Part shown: positions 12,429 through 26,405 of the stretch, in pieces
Numbering within the stretch: position 1 is the stretch's first letter
Layout of the letters: each line of letters begins with the position of its first letter
NCBI GenBank assembly: GCA_010405405.1
Contig: MU004237.1
Location: 2,057,345-2,121,344, forward strand
Source of the DNA: Microthyrium microscopicum
Lineage: Eukaryota
Direction: 5' to 3'
Length of the DNA stretch: 64,000 nucleotides
The notes under the pieces: generated by a model
Databases searched by the model: none
Told to the model about the DNA's origin: nothing
What the model saw: only the letters and a program-made list of their open reading frames with translations
Made by a program: the position numbers and the translations under genes

Positions 12429-14789
12429 ATGGTCGAATCTGCCAAGAGTCGCAAGCGGAAGGCTATCACCAAGGATGTTGCTCCTGAGCCAATTGATACA
12501 CCAGGAGACGAGTTTTTGAACGGTGACTTGGATGGTATCCTGTCTGGCAGCGAAGATGAATCCCACCAGTCTGGGTCCGAGAGTGATGCTGAGGAAGGTC
12601 TCGAAGAGGACCAGGACGATGAAGAGGAGGACGAGGACGAGGATGAAGAAGACTTGTTCTCTGACGAGGCCTCCGAAGACGAGGATATTCGAGAGCAAAT
12701 ACGCGCTCTACGAACCACAGACGAACCAGCCACCGAGGCCGCAGCAGAAAAAGATGATGACTTCCACCCACTGAGTCGAGTCGAAGAGCTTGAGACGAAT
12801 TACATCGTTACAAAAGATGCCAACGGCAACCCTCGCTACGTCTACAAAGAAATCGACCCAGTTTACGATTCCGACGACTCCGACAATCAAGACAATGTTA
12901 ATACAATCGGAGACATTCCGCTGTCTTATTACGATGCCTATCCTCATATTGGTTATGATATAAACGGGAAGAAAATCATGCGCCCTGCCAAAGGTCAAGC
13001 GTTGGACGCTTTGCTGGATAGCATTGAGCTTCCTAAGGGTTGGACTGGCTTGACAGATCCTGCCACTGGTAAACCACTCAATTTGTCCCAAGAGGAACTC
13101 GAAGTCTTGAAGAAGGTGTCGAGGAATGAACATCTGGAAGATGGATATGACCCGTACCCTGAAATGGTCGAATACTTTAGCAGCAAAACAGAAATCATGC
13201 CCTTGAGTGCTGCTCCAGAGCCCAAACGCCGATTCATCCCCTCCAAAAATGAGAACAAGCGAATCATGAAAATAGTCAAGGCTATCAGAGAAGGAAGAAT
13301 CAAGCCTTATCGTGCACCAGAGGATCAGGTGGAAGAAGACACCACAATCCAGCGATACGATATCTGGGCAGACGAAACTCCACGCCCAGATAATTCAATG
13401 CATATACCAGCGCCAAAGCTACCACCACCTGGTTACGAGGACAGCTATCATCCTCCACCAGAGTATCTTCCAGACGATCAAGAGAAGGCTGATTGGGAAG
13501 CTCAGGATCCAGAAGACCGGAAACAAGAGTATCTTCCAACTGATCACGGTGCTCTTCGAAAAGTTCCAGGCTACGACAATGTCAAGATGGTTTTCGAGAG
13601 ATGTCTTGATCTTTACCTTGCACCACGTGTTCGACGTAATCGACTCAACATTGATCCCGAGTCACTTTTGCCCAAGCTACCAAGTCCTGACGAGCTTCGA
13701 CCTTTTCCAACTACATGCGCAACCCTCTTCAGAGGTCACGAAGGCAAAGTTCGAAGCGTATCTGTAGATGCAACTGGCACATTGCTCGCTAGTGGTGGTG
13801 ATGATGGTACAGTAAGAATATGGGACATCCTTACGGGCCGAAATGTCTGGACAAAGAAACTCTCATCTGAGGAAGCTGTAGATGTAGTCAGATGGCGCCC
13901 AAGCACCGACACATGCATCCTCTCAGCAGCAGCTGGTGAAACCATATTCTTCATTATTCCCCAGGGTGTCCACACCGTCAACCCAGAAATCGAAATTGCC
14001 AGCCGTGCCATTCTCGATGCTGGCTTTGGCTACGAAGCCCAGCGAGCCGCCTCAAATTCCGAGCCACGCAAAGAGCCCGCCGCGACCTGGTCCCGCCCTC
14101 TATCAAAACTCGTCGACAACGGCATCATGCTAACAATCACCGTCCGCGCACCGGTCAAAGTCATCTCCTGGCACCGTCGTGGCGATTACTTCGCCACCGT
14201 CTCGCCCAAAGGCCAATCCCACGCCGTCGCCATCCACACGCTCTCCAAGCACCTCACTCAACTCCCCTTCCGCAAACTCAAAGGCCTGCCACAAACAGCA
14301 CAATTCCATCCCTCTAAACCAATCTTTTTCGTCGCAACTCAACGCTCCGTCCGCAGCTACGACCTTGCCAAACAAGAGCTCGTCAAAATTCTTAAGCCCG
14401 GCGCACGCTGGATCTCCTCCATCGACATCCACGCCGGCGGCGACAACGTGATCATTGGCTCCTACGATCGAAGACTTCTATGGCACGACCTCGACTTGTC
14501 AGTACGGCCGTACAAGACACTGCGGTATCACGATAAAGCAATTCGCGCAGTCAAGTATCACCATGGCGGGTTCCCGCTATTTGCGGACGCCAGTGACGAT
14601 GGGACTGTGCAGATTTTCCATGGCAAGGTGGTGGATGACTTGATGGAGAATGCGACGATTGTGCCACTCAAGGTGCTCAAGGGACATGCGGTCAAGGGTG
14701 CGTTGGGAGTGCTGGATTTGGATTGGCATCCTAAGCATCCTTGGTGTGTTAGTGCCGGTGCGGATGGTACTTGTAGATTATGGTGTTGA
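12429..14789 (+). CDS. ERB1: Ribosome biogenesis protein Erb1/Bop1 (WD40)
   Basis: Acidic N-terminus, [35 protein letters not shown] motif, [14 protein letters not shown] repeats ending [11 protein letters not shown]. Confidence 0.97.
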   Translation: MVESAKSRKRKAITKDVAPEPIDTPGDEFLNGDLDGILSGSEDESHQSGSESDAEEGLEEDQDDEEEDEDEDEEDLFSDEASEDEDIREQIRALRTTDEPATEAAAEKDDDFHPLSRVEELETNYIVTKDANGNPRYVYKEIDPVYDSDDSDNQDNVNTIGDIPLSYYDAYPHIGYDINGKKIMRPAKGQALDALLDSIELPKGWTGLTDPATGKPLNLSQEELEVLKKVSRNEHLEDGYDPYPEMVEYFSSKTEIMPLSAAPEPKRRFIPSKNENKRIMKIVKAIREGRIKPYRAPEDQVEEDTTIQRYDIWADETPRPDNSMHIPAPKLPPPGYEDSYHPPPEYLPDDQEKADWEAQDPEDRKQEYLPTDHGALRKVPGYDNVKMVFERCLDLYLAPRVRRNRLNIDPESLLPKLPSPDELRPFPTTCATLFRGHEGKVRSVSVDATGTLLASGGDDGTVRIWDILTGRNVWTKKLSSEEAVDVVRWRPSTDTCILSAAAGETIFFIIPQGVHTVNPEIEIASRAILDAGFGYEAQRAASNSEPRKEPAATWSRPLSKLVDNGIMLTITVRAPVKVISWHRRGDYFATVSPKGQSHAVAIHTLSKHLTQLPFRKLKGLPQTAQFHPSKPIFFVATQRSVRSYDLAKQELVKILKPGARWISSIDIHAGGDNVIIGSYDRRLLWHDLDLSVRPYKTLRYHDKAIRAVKYHHGGFPLFADASDDGTVQIFHGKVVDDLMENATIVPLKVLKGHAVKGALGVLDLDWHPKHPWCVSAGADGTCRLWC

Positions 14790-15083
14790 GCGGTTCCAAT
14801 TCATTTTTCTTCCTTTCCACCTTCGTTGCGATTTATTCCGATTTATTGTAGGTGAGGTAGCTGTCGCTCCGATTAGAGGCGATTTTTACCATCATCATTT
14901 GTTGGAAGATTTTTGAATTGTTGCATAGCAGCCTGTCAGAAAACTCGTCTGTACACAAGTAAGTCAGCAGTTCCTTCCGCATCATTCTGCGACCATTTAC
15001 TAGCCTCTCCTTCCTTCATATGCAGCTCAAATGAGCATTCCGTAAAAGGAAAGATCAATGTCTGTAACCAGCTATCATACTAA

Positions 15084-15195
15084 GTCGTCTTGCCGTAATG
15101 GGCCGCTCCAACTCTTCAAAGCTCACTGGCACGTCGTCTTGCCGTAATGGGCCGCTCCAACTCTTCAAAGCTCACTGGCACGTCGTCCTGCCCGT
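15084..15195. repeat. Perfect 49-bp tandem duplication (2 copies plus partial)
   Basis: GTCGTCTTGCCGTAATGGGCCGCTCCAACTCTTCAAAGCTCACTGGCAC at 15084-15132 and 15133-15181, followed by a degenerate partial copy. Confidence 0.95.
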
Positions 15196-15363
15196 GTGCC
15201 TACCACTCTTGGTCGCTCAGTCACTCTCCCACATCATTGCCTGTATTTCAGACACTATGCCCCGCCATTTCGATTACTCTCCACCACATCGCCAATCTAC
15301 GATAGAGGTCAGAGTCTGAGACACGGCACGACTGAGCGAGATCTGAATTCGACTCACAACACC

Positions 15364-16325
15364 ATGTCTTCTTCCGATAGGTAAGCAAAACCACCATAAG
15401 CGCCAAAAGTGGTTCCTACTGACGCAGGAACAGTAAGCGAAAAGCGACCGAATCGGTAGAGTCTTCCGACACATCCAAGAAACAATGCAACTCCGAAAGA
15501 CTGTCGGAATATGGTAATCTACCGTAAGCGTTCAGCATGGTTCAAGCATTGCCAAATTACTCATGCTTCACAGATTCGATGGCAAAGTCGTATCGATTTT
15601 GGTGGGCGAAAACGAGAAAATCTTCACGCTTCATGTCAATCGAATCTGCCTGACCTCAGATTTCTTCAAAAGGATGTTGCATGACCGTCCGTTTGGCTTT
15701 CGAGAGAACGTCACAAATGAGATCAAACTTCCCGAGCAAAGACCCGAGGTGTTTGAACTATTTGCTCGCTTCGTCTATTATGGACACGTCGGTCCGATCC
15801 CAGCCAAAAACTTCGAGTCGGACGAAGCCAGAAAAACGATTTTAAGCGCTAACTCTACACTCCTGCTAAAAGCTGTCGCTCTTGCGGATTATTTGCAGTG
15901 TGATGATTTTCACAATGCGATCATGGATAACTTAGTGTTGCAGTGCGTCACGCATAGATCATACCCCGTTGCTGGTTCCGGCATCAAATTGGCTTTGTCA
16001 TCGGGATCTCCTTTGCTGGTGCGGTTCTTGCAAGACGCTTGCATTTCCGTAGGCAACGCAAGTTGGTGGGTAAGTGATGTGTTTTATGAACATTCTTTCT
16101 TATGCAAGATCGATGTATTCATGAAAACCCTAAACTCACAAAATCCAGGACTACGACAACAAGGTATTCGAGCACACCGATTTCTGGGTTTCAGTAATGA
16201 AGGGCATGGCAGCGTTACTTGGTGGCGAAGGCCGACCCAAAAAGTGGGAACCAAAAAACTGCGACTACCATCGACACAAAGATGGAAAACGATGCGACTC
16301 CGTGGAAGTAAGCACTGCGGATTAG
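15364..16325 (+). CDS. BTB/POZ-domain protein, array copy 1 (4 exons)
   Basis: MSSSDSKRK..., VSILVGENEKIFTLH...SDFFKRML...IKLPEQRPEVFELFARFVYYG, LADYLQCDDFHN. Last exon (after an intron following WW) encodes FWVSV...CDYHRHKDGKRC; stop at 16325. Confidence 0.88.
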
Positions 16326-17581
16326 TACCGGATCTGTCGCGAACACCTTGAGGTAGCCAACCAATGGACAAAGCAAATGATGTACTCTCATCAACTTCAC
16401 TGGCTTCCATGTGCTACGGTCTCTTCGAGACTGTCTTATGTCCCATGAAGTTCCTAGACGGTGGGCTTCTTTACAGACTGCAGTGGGCAGGAGATTAGAT
16501 GATACTTATCAATGGCAATGGCAGAAGTTGCAGTCGATGGGGGCAAGCCATGTACTTTTTCTACCCATTGGCTAGCTGTCGGACCTGTAGGCTCCGAAGT
16601 TGAGCAAAGTCAATCCAAAAGGTTTCCTTTGCTTTCGATCTTTCTTTTAATTGATTTGAGCACCCCTACTGCCAGTAGATGCAATTTCTATTCTCTGCAA
16701 TACTCGTAGGCTACCAACAGGATGACAACCAAGTGGCGTGCCTCACCAACTGCAATGCTTATCTTAGCGTCCGCTATGGCATCGAGTGTTTTATCTGCAT
16801 TGAAACCTGGCAATTTATGATTTTCTTCGAAAGAGGAGGGGAATAAAGCGTCTGCTGTTGGAAAGGGATCACTATAAATTTCATCTTTGAGGGGAGTGTA
16901 CGTTTTGGTTTCCCGTCTCGCCGGCTTTCTCGAACAAGAACAATCTTATATCTCAACAGCTTATCTGAAAAAAGGTTGTCTCTTTTCCTTTGCCATGTAC
17001 ATCCTTCCGAGAAGAAAACTCAACTGTGCAAAAACATGGAGATAATCGAGTCTAAGCACAACCGATACTAGCCAGGGAAGATATGTGAAGCGCTGAGAGG
17101 CAGAGCAATAGCTAACAAATATCGCCACGTACACAGTTTCTATTCTTTTCTGAAGACCAAATGGGTATCATGAGAGGTCTTGCTTGGTTCTACAGAAATG
17201 ACGACTCAAGGGAGGGATGAATTTAATGGTTCGCTAAGCCCAAATTGGCATAATTGGGGTATCAGATCTAAAATTTGGATGCCACTACCCTTCAACTACC
17301 ACCGGTGACTTGGCTCCGAATGTCTACCAGTTAATTTTTCAAGGCATCGAATTCATCCGTCCTGGAGGCACCTTTATTTTGCTATCTCATCCGCTTCTCC
17401 AGTCCCCCATTCCTCCACAACACTCTATAACACTTCACAACACTCTATCAGAGAAAGTCGCCATATCGCCCTTCCCGAGATCAGCATCAACCAGAATTGT
17501 TGCAATAGCTAGCGTAAAATTCAGCTCGCTCGCTTGAAATACCTCGTTCCGTTCCACCATCACCCTGGCGTAGAGGTCATC

Positions 17582-18728
17582 ATGTTTTCATCATATCCCA
17601 CAGGGTAAGGAAGTTGCATATTGCTGACTTTGACCGAAGCGTTCATCTCACACTCTATAACGTTGCTAGAAATTGTTGACGGTCTTCCGATATATTTTAT
17701 GAGGATATGCGCTTGCAAACTTCCCGCCAGCAGCTGAAATCTTGGAAGATCTTTATCTTGAACAGACTGGCTGACCAATGCTACAGGAGCAAACGTGGGC
17801 CTCCCATCTCATCATTTTTTTCGGATCCTTCTCCCGCCACAAAAAAGATCAAGCACGTTCGGTCTCTGCAGTCTGAAGGTGCCTCGTAAGTATATTTCTG
17901 CGTTCATTTGGCCGTTGACTGACCTTAGTAGATTTCAGGGTCAAGTCATATCGGTGCTAGTAGGAAACGAGGAGAAGAAGTTCACAATCCACGCCGATCG
18001 CCTTTCTGCCAGCTCAGAATTCTTCAAGCGACTGCTAAATAGTAGTTCAAAAGGCTTTCTAGAGAACGCTACAAATGAAGTTAGACTGCCTGAACATAGC
18101 CCGGAAGTCTTCGAGCTCTATGCACAATTCCTCTATGCCGGCCAAATCTACTCAGATCCAGGAAAGACTGCTTTAGATAAGAACAACAACTCTCACGCGT
18201 TGGAAACCAATTTGTTGATCGACGCCATCACTCTTGCCGATTACCTACAGGATGATGAATTCCACAACGCTGCCATTGACGCCTTGATTTCACAAGCGAT
18301 CGAGACCAATATCTGGCCTGTCAATTCAGAGTGGATTGGAAAAGCTCTCACATCCGGCTCTGCTTCCCTTGTCAAGCTGCTAAAAGATTTCTGCGTCTTC
18401 AACTCCAACGCCGCTTGGTGGGTAAGTTGTTTCCCTGCGATATTGACACTGTCGCTCGCTAGAGTTCATGTATAGCTATTTCACTTGTTCCGACACTAAC
18501 GTATCGCAGACAAATGACAAAATGGGAGATTCGCACCCCGAGTTCTGGATTTCGGTCGCAAAGGAAATGGCTCTACTGCTCGACGGAGCAGGTCGACCTC
18601 CAATGAAATGGGTGCCAACGAACTGCAACTATCATCGGCACAAGGCTGGCGTACGATGCGTCTCACCAGCCCTTGCTGTGATCGAAAGCACCAGCTATTT
18701 CGACGACTTACAGTACTGGGTTGGTTGA
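17582..18728 (+). CDS. BTB/POZ-domain protein, array copy 2 (4 exons)
   Basis: ISVLVGNEEKKFTIH...SEFFKRLL...VRLPEHSPEVFELYAQFLYAG, LADYLQDDEFHN, CNYHRHKAGVRC. Confidence 0.88.
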
Positions 18729-19315
18729 CGGCTGACAGTGGTGAGCCAGCTGGTTATTGCGGTGTTGGTAGGGACTCAGCTTGCGAAGGCTCGAGTAGAG
18801 CACAACTTCCATAGAACGTGTTAGGCAGATTCATCACATCGACATCTACGATGGAAACAAAGCATCTCTTAGTCCCGCAATACCACGGTAAAGCCCATAA
18901 TTAGTGAGAGAGCATCGATATTGCTTACTATGTCCAGGGCCGCCATAATTTTGGGACCGCCCTCGATCTATTCCGTGTGAAAGATTCAAAGGAAAGAACG
19001 ATGGAAGAGATAACAGGCAAGTACGCCCCAGTACTTTCCAATTCTAGTAGTCTCAACCCACTCACTATCAATGTTGAAGGCAATCGCCCCTGTGCTAAGA
19101 AATGGCGCCTAAAGAGCACAGGCTCTCTCTCTTAATCCATCTTGCACCAATCTGCTTTCTTCTTGCCAACTTGACCAACACTCCATCCCACCACACGAGC
19201 TGGTGTTGGAAAAGGCATCACCGACATTTGCCCGAGCCCGCGCTCAGCTTCTTTTCTCTTATTCCAGCATCCGTTCCTGAAATTCGATCCACTATCTCCA
19301 TACACTCAAGTTGTG

Positions 19316-20445
19316 ATGGCCTCGTCTACTCCTGCTAGGTAAGAAAAAGTTCGACATTCTTTATCAGCCTCAAGCGCTCAACTTCCCTTCCACTGTCAGG
19401 GCTAGAAGAGCATTGCCTTTGCAAGCAGAATGAATGGACAATGAAGGCCTCTGAACACAGCTGGTTCTTTCTCATGGTTACATCATTGATTTGCTGACGA
19501 TTTCTACAGTACGAAACGCAAGGCTGGCGACACCATTGAAGCTTCTCCAGCCGCAAAGAAAATTTCTACGGATATCCGAGCTGTAGAAGCCGACGGCTTC
19601 TTGTAGGTGACCTCAAGCTCAAGACAGGAACGCTCCCTGACGTTCTGCAGATTTGATGGTGAAGTCGTTTCAATTCTCGTCGGCCCACATGGAAAGAAGT
19701 TCACCTTACATGTCGATCCTCTTTGTTCGAGCTCCGATTACTTCAAGCACATGTTACGTAGCTCCGCTACCTTCCTAGAGTCCGCCAAACATGAGGTCAA
19801 ATTGCTCGAACAAAGCCCAAGAGTCTTCCAGCTATATGCTCAGTACTTATACCAGGGAAAGATTTTTTCGAAGCCTGGACCAACTGTGCCGAGTTCTAAT
19901 GGCGAGGTCCCTCTAATGACCGAAACTACTCTCCTGCTAACAGCTATTTCTCTCGCGGATTATCTTCAAGATGATGATTTTCACAACTCGGTCATCGACT
20001 GTCTGATAGCGCGTTCGCTACAGACTAATGCATGGCCCACAACCGACGATTCAATTACGTTAAGCCTTTCGAGTGGATCTTCATTCCTCGTAGATCTTAT
20101 AAGGGACTTTTGCATTTATGGGGCACATGAAGGCTGGTGGGTAAGTGGCTCCTTGACAACCTCCAAATTCTGCCTACTGCATTTCATCCTGCCACGCTCC
20201 ACCAAACCTATGATATTTCATGACGGCCATCGAGGGCTGTTGCACTTAAGAAACTCTTTTATCGTAATCTTGCACTAACAGATCTTCAGACAAATGGCAA
20301 TGTCACAGGAGAAACACACGGCGAATTCTGGGCTTCAGTTGCGAGGGGTATGGCCAAATTGTTGAAGGGAGGAGGCCGACCTTCAAAGTGGGTGCCTAAG
20401 AATTGTGACTATCATCGTCATAAAGATGGCAAACGGTGTGACTGA
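19316..20445 (+). CDS. BTB/POZ-domain protein, array copy 3 (4 exons)
   Basis: MASSTPASTKRK..., VSILVGPHGKKFTLH...SDYFKHML, LADYLQDDDFHN. Last exon ~20290-20445 encodes FWASV...CDYHRHKDGKRCD-stop. Confidence 0.88.
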
Positions 20446-20952
20446 GGTGGGTATCACTCTCGCCTAGAAAATTTACTGTATAAATTCGCTCTGTATACCC
20501 TCCATGATTCACGAAGCACTCGTTGGCTGAGGATGGCAGGTTCAAGCCGGCGGAATCGATGGAAATGTGCTGGCTAGTTCATCAACCAACTGAAATACAT
20601 AAAGCATGTCTATCGCAGCGAATCAAGGTTTATGTGGTAGTCATGTCCTATTTTTTTTTCTGATCTCAACGTACGAGCTCGATGACTTCGTTCTGATCTC
20701 TGCCAATGTCATATAGGAGGTCCATGAAAACTTAGTAGCTACCTAGCCATGGAAGGGTTGAGGTGCCATTTGAGAAATGTTTGAGGTGATATCCACCTCG
20801 ACCGATTTACTACTTTTGCCGACTGCGATGTCCCAAATAATGGACGGAGGTGGCATATTCGAGGTCTGCCTATCCTCAGTCACCTGTGCGTGACAACATC
20901 AAGAAGTAACCTCCAGCCGTTAAGTACTATTTCAAAGCCTTTCTTGCTCTCG

Positions 20953-21050
20953 AACTTTGTCCTTCTGCATCAACTCAAAACCCACCCTCTAACAACACTC
21001 CAACTCTGTCCTTCTGCATCAACTCAAAATCCGCCCTCTGACAACACTCC
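20953..21050. repeat. Near-perfect 49-bp tandem duplication upstream of BTB copy 4
   Basis: AACT(T/C)TGTCCTTCTGCATCAACTCAAAA(C/T)CC(A/G)CCCTCT(A/G)ACAACACTCC starting at 20953 and at 21002. Confidence 0.9.
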
Positions 21051-21149
21051 ACTCTCAGCGAAACCTTTTCCTTCAATCTGTACTGCTCCAATTCCAGCTT
21101 TCTTTGACCCTCAGAGTACTGCCTTAATCCAGGCTAAATACCTGTCATC

Positions 21150-22234
21150 ATGGCTCAGTAAGTCGGATTCAAGGTACTACCTAGCGTATAGCTAACAGAT
21201 CTAGAAACCAACCAAACCAAAATCCATACCATTCAGGTCCTCCACGACAAAATCCACATACGCCACATCATACCTCACTTACATCGGCGATCCCACTTTC
21301 ATCGAGATTCCCACATTCATCAGTTATGCCAGGCCCCATCGCGGCTTCACACCGCCAAATGATCCGCCGTATTTCGCCAACCCAGGGTCATGGTACTCTA
21401 CAAACTGTGAACACCTGGGTAGCCGTCGAACCTCCAACAAAGCGTACGAGATTCAGCGATGTCCGAAGTGACCAAGACCTTGGTCATTCATTTGCGCAAG
21501 AGACTACTGTCCAAATATTAGTCGGCGAGGAAGAGCAGGTGTTCGCAGTTCATCAACATCTGCTGCGCTCAAACTCCGAGTACTTCAAAGCAATGCTGCG
21601 AAATGAAACTTCCGGCGGCTTCAAAGAGAACGTCGAAGGTCAAATCAAGCTGCCCGATGTCAGCGTCAAGTTGTTCAATCTCTTCGTCCAATTCCTCTAC
21701 CACGGAAAGATATTCTCAGCCTATCTCAAAATTGAGCCACCTCGTCCACAGATCAATCGTTCAGATGGAGCAACCAGCGCCAAGGCCAATGCAGCCGTAG
21801 TAGCCGCGCGTGAAGCTGCTCTTGAAGTTAAAGCACGCAACAAAGCCGCGGAATTCGAGGAGTACAAAACACTGATGGAGCTCATTGTCTTCGCAGACTA
21901 TCTGCAGAGCGACTCTCTCCACAACGCGGCGATCGAGGCTCTGATCCAGACACGTCAAGCTCACCACGATGAGGATGCTGCGTGGGTGAATAACGAGTCC
22001 ATCTCGTTGGCTAAGGGAGTCCCTGAACTGCTCAACTTGCTTCGCGACTCTGCGATTCATGAGTCTCGGGCAGCATGGTGGACCGGCCAACAGCTCGAGG
22101 ACAAGGGGTTCTGGATGTCCGTTGCTGGTGGGATGGCAGAACTACTGCGTCCGTCAAGCAGCGTCATCCTAATTCGTCCTTGGGAGGATAGCTGTCGATA
22201 CCACCGACACAGCAATGAGCCGAAGTGCAGTTAG
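21150..22234 (+). CDS. BTB/POZ-domain protein, array copy 4
   Basis: 8-nt first coding exon ATGGCTCA|GTAAGT splices in frame into the 302-aa ORF; VQILVGEEEQVFAVH...SEYFKAML, FADYLQSDSLHN, CRYHRHSNEPKC. Confidence 0.88.
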
Positions 22235-23030
22235 TCTGTTGGAGCTTGGTAATGATCGGCTTGGAATATTGTGATACGTGTTCTGGTGCTAGTAGGCGGT
22301 ATCAGGTTCATGATGAAGCTGTCGACGTCGATGTCTGTAACATAGGTCGTTAGGGAAAATGTCGTTTGTTAGTGAAGAGTAGATTGTAGATTCCTGCTTA
22401 GACTAGCATTTTCTACTGACTTATGCCAATATTGACCTTCCATATATGGATATTATCGTTATTTACAACTGTTTCTTGATCACTGAATGTCGATAATAGT
22501 GGTATTACCCTTTCCAGGTACCTCTCCTGACTCCCAGACCAAATTTCGAATTCACTTTTTGATTTCACATTTTCTTTCCGACCAGTATTGGACACAAAGC
22601 TTTTTTTAAACCCACAAGCAATATGAGGATGGGCCTGCCACTCCACGTCAAGTACGATATTTACCATCGCCCAACATCATCAGCATTTGATACTCTGCGT
22701 CATCTCATCTCGTACGCACTTGATGGGAGTTATAGTCTTTGATAAAAGAGCGCAGCAGATGGCTCCCAGCGAAGCTGATGGGTGAAAATGATGGGAGCAT
22801 CCACGAGTTCCTCGATATTCCAGCTCCTTTCAACTGCGTTCCGCACTTTCCCAAACCAGTCACTGCCATGAAATTTCCCACAAAACCTGAACTGAAATTT
22901 ACATCACACCGGCATTGACCTCCAGAATTCCCCTCAACCTGTCCCTCGCCATCTTGACCATCACCAATCATCCCAACCATCGCCAATCTTTCGTCCCATC
23001 GCATTCCATCTTGTCCATCGCCCTTTCGCT

Positions 23031-23814
23031 ATGTCAGAGCCATCACCTGCGAAGCGTCGAAAAGTGCGGCAGACGGACTCGGATTTGCAAAGGTACAGAA
23101 GGATTTTATCAATCAAGCGGTCCGGGTCTAATTATCTGCAGCTTTGCTGGTGAAACAATCCAGGTCTTAGTGGGTGCCAGCGAGACACCATTCACCGTCC
23201 AAAAGAGCATCCTAAGCTCTAATTCGGAGTACTTTGAGCGAATGTTACGCAACGATTTCAAGGAAAGTCTTGAGGGTGTATCAAAGCTGCCAAAACATAC
23301 ACCAGAAGCATTCGAAATATTCATGAACTTCATCTACCGCGGAAACATCTACTCGGCAACAGAAGCCGGTAGTCAACTCACCGGCAAAGACAAACATACA
23401 GCCTTCGCGAATGAAATGAACAAGATATTACAGGCAATCTCGCTAGCCAACTACCTACAGAGCGATGGTTTCCAGAACGCTACCATCACCGCCCTATTTC
23501 AATGTGTGTCAGACTACCAACTCTTGCCGACCACCCGGAAACTTCTCGACAAAGCTGTCGACATGAACATAGCGTCACTTACTGAAGTCTTTCAAGACTT
23601 TTTCGTGCTTCAGGGATCAGGAGGGTGGTCAGCATTCTCGGAAGAAACGGCCGATCCTTCCGAAGCAGATTTCTGGAAAGGCATCGCAAAGAAAGCAATC
23701 ATCGAGCTCCGAAACCGCGAGAAAGTCAATCATGTTATCAAGGCTGTTGAAACTCGTGATCTCGATCCATGCAAATACCACATCCATCGCGATGGAAAGA
23801 AATGCAGCAATTGA
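23031..23814 (+). CDS. BTB/POZ-domain protein, array copy 5
   Basis: MSEPSPAKRRK, one intron, IQVLVGASETPFTV...SEYFERML, LANYLQSDGFQN, CKYHIHRDGKKC. Confidence 0.88.
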
Positions 23815-24646
23815 GCTCAATAACATATATCTCTGGGACAAGATGCGCTGGCAGAAAGCGCACCTGCTGGAAGAAAGAAACGATGAAGCGACTGAGTAGG
23901 GGTGCTGGAGCTTTTGTGTATGGAAAAGAAACTGCTGGAAACCATATAACGTAAAAGGCGAACGGATGTTGTGGGCCAGTCCTGAGGACGTTCTCAAGGT
24001 CTTCTAGAGATGATCAGATGTCAATGTACTGTACCCAGCTGCTCTTTAATTCATAGTGGATACGATGTTTGTATCGTGATGCTATCTGAAATGGGTACCA
24101 AGAATCTAGTCGATGGTAAGTGTGACAACGACACGGCAAAACAAATGGCGTACTCATCAACTCTGATGGCTACCATTAGTGCTGTTAACCAAAAGGTGCT
24201 TCAATTCCCATCGTATTTGATTAATGTTCCCGACGTGAACGCCCTTTATGGCGGATAAAGCACTTGATAACAAAGCGTAGCGTCTGGGCGCCATTAGAGT
24301 TCATAAGAGTGAGCCATTTTATTTGCCATGCTGTTGGTGTTGGTGCGAGTTCACCTCAACGTCTTTTGCTGGTCACTAGGTTCCTCCCCAAAGCGCCTCA
24401 AATCGTGCCTTCCTTGACAGAGCAGCTCTAGGTCACAACTTCCTCCAGTCATCAAGGACATGTGCCTAGGCATCGACCGAGCCCAATCTAGGCAGTTACT
24501 GCCTTCATTGAATCCTACAGTGATTCTCCATGGCTTTCTTTAGGTCTTTTGTGACTCTCCACTCCCCTGTGACTCTCCCACTCCTCGTCACAACTTCAAT
24601 CTAGCACTTCTATCCAGCACCTACCTTCGACATATATAGGCTCTCA

Positions 24647-25543
24647 ATGGACCCGCAACTCAAGGTAGGCTATCCTTGGTATCTAAAGTGCAGCACCAAT
24701 CAATAAACACTATTTCCGCTCCAAGTTGCGAAGCGATGACGAAAAAGCGCGGTCCCAGCGACGACGCAGAGCATTCCTCCAAGCATTCAAAGAGACGTCA
24801 GACCTCCGAGTCATTCTCGTAAGTTCAAAGTGACCGTACAGCTCAGTGAGCAGCCTGATAACGGTCTCAACAACAGATTTCGCAATCCCGCTGTCCAAGT
24901 CATGGTGGGCAAACAAACCGGCAACAGCACACCACGTACGTTCACAGTTCTCCAAAACCTTCTGACCTCTGACTCGAAGTTCTTTGAACGAATGCTCCAA
25001 AGCGACTTCAGCGAGAGCAAAGAGGGCATTGTGAAGTTGCCTGAATGTGAACCCGAAATCTTCGACCTCTATGTCATGTTTCTCTATCATGGCGACATCT
25101 TTAGCGCGCCCGCTGTCAAAACGAAGCAGGTCCCAAACGAGGACGGCTTCAAGGAGAAATGTACGCTGATAGATGCTATTGGCCTTGCCGACTTCTTGCA
25201 AAGCGATGCTTTTCACAATTCTTGCATTAATGCTTTCCTCGATTGCTGCAATGAATATAATTCGAGTTTCCGCGGTCACCAAGCCGATCTTCGCATATTC
25301 AAGGCTGGCGTTCCTTCACTCATCAAACTTGTTGAAGATTTTTATGTCTATTCGTCTGGTGTGAATTGGTTCACAGAGGAGTTCAATAAGGGAACGCTGA
25401 AGTCCCTGAGCGAACACCCAGAATTCTACCACGACATCCTTGTCCAATCTCTACGTTTGCTCGATTCTGGCGGTCGTATGGGTCAGCTCCCTTGGGAACA
25501 AAATAGATGTCATTATCATCGGCATGTGGGAGTACCAGTATAG
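24647..25543 (+). CDS. BTB/POZ-domain protein, array copy 6 (start uncertain: 24647 or 24736)
   Basis: MTKKRGPSDD...SKRRQ exon, intron, RNPAVQVMVG...SKFFERML...VKLPECEPEIFDLY, LADFLQSDAFHN, PWEQNRCHYHRH. Confidence 0.85.
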
Positions 25544-26405
25544 TACGACTATGAACCTTGACCATACGGCCTAATCGGGACAGTGTCTATATACCAGGAC
25601 GTGTGTAGAGCTAGTCAAGAATGGAATGCTCTCCAGATGCTCCATTTTCAAAGTGTAAAACAATGTTGGTCTAGAAACCATCAAGACGATAGCAAGCTAC
25701 TTTATCCATTACCTGCTGCTATGCCCAAATGCGAAATGTTCTTCCCACCTACCGCTCTCCCCCAATACATGTTTTCGGACAATATAGCCAATCAAAGACA
25801 TTATAACCCAAGTTTTCTTAGTAAAGTCTGGGACCGGAAAGAGACTAGTATATTTGGCCTACCTGGTTGGTCAATCCCTTATGAAACCCCCATAAAAGGT
25901 ATTGAAAAGTATGAATGGGGAGGGGGTTAGGTGGAAAGGACATTTCGCACTTGGGTGTAGGCTGCCAGACGTCTCCAAAGACACGCACATCCTTACTCCG
26001 CATGAGCTTTAACAAGGAAGCAAGTTCTTGCTTGCTTCAAAAGAAGATCACAACCCTCAAACATGCAAACTTCCCTCCGACTCTCGAGCTTTGTGCTTAC
26101 AACACGTAAAATACCTACGTCAGACCTAGCCTTGAAGAGCGTGGTAAAATCATGATGATAACCTCTGCGTTCGACCAAGTCTGTGTCTCTTCTACGAATG
26201 AAAACCTTGAAGCTCTATCGAGCAGCCAAGGAGGTGAAAAGTTTCTATTTTCAGCAGAATCCGTCGTGTTGAAAACTAACAGCTCAGGATTTGCTGTAGC
26301 GTGTTATGGTTCAGCGCTAGGCTGCATCTTCCCATCGACTTCATCTTGGACATCCTCCTCTCTCCTATTCTCCTCCCCGATATCATACCAAAGGCTAAAG
26401 CAACC

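Noticed and set aside
15084..15195. Repeat as a CRISPR-like array
   Set aside because: Eukaryotic DNA; the copies are directly adjacent with no spacers.
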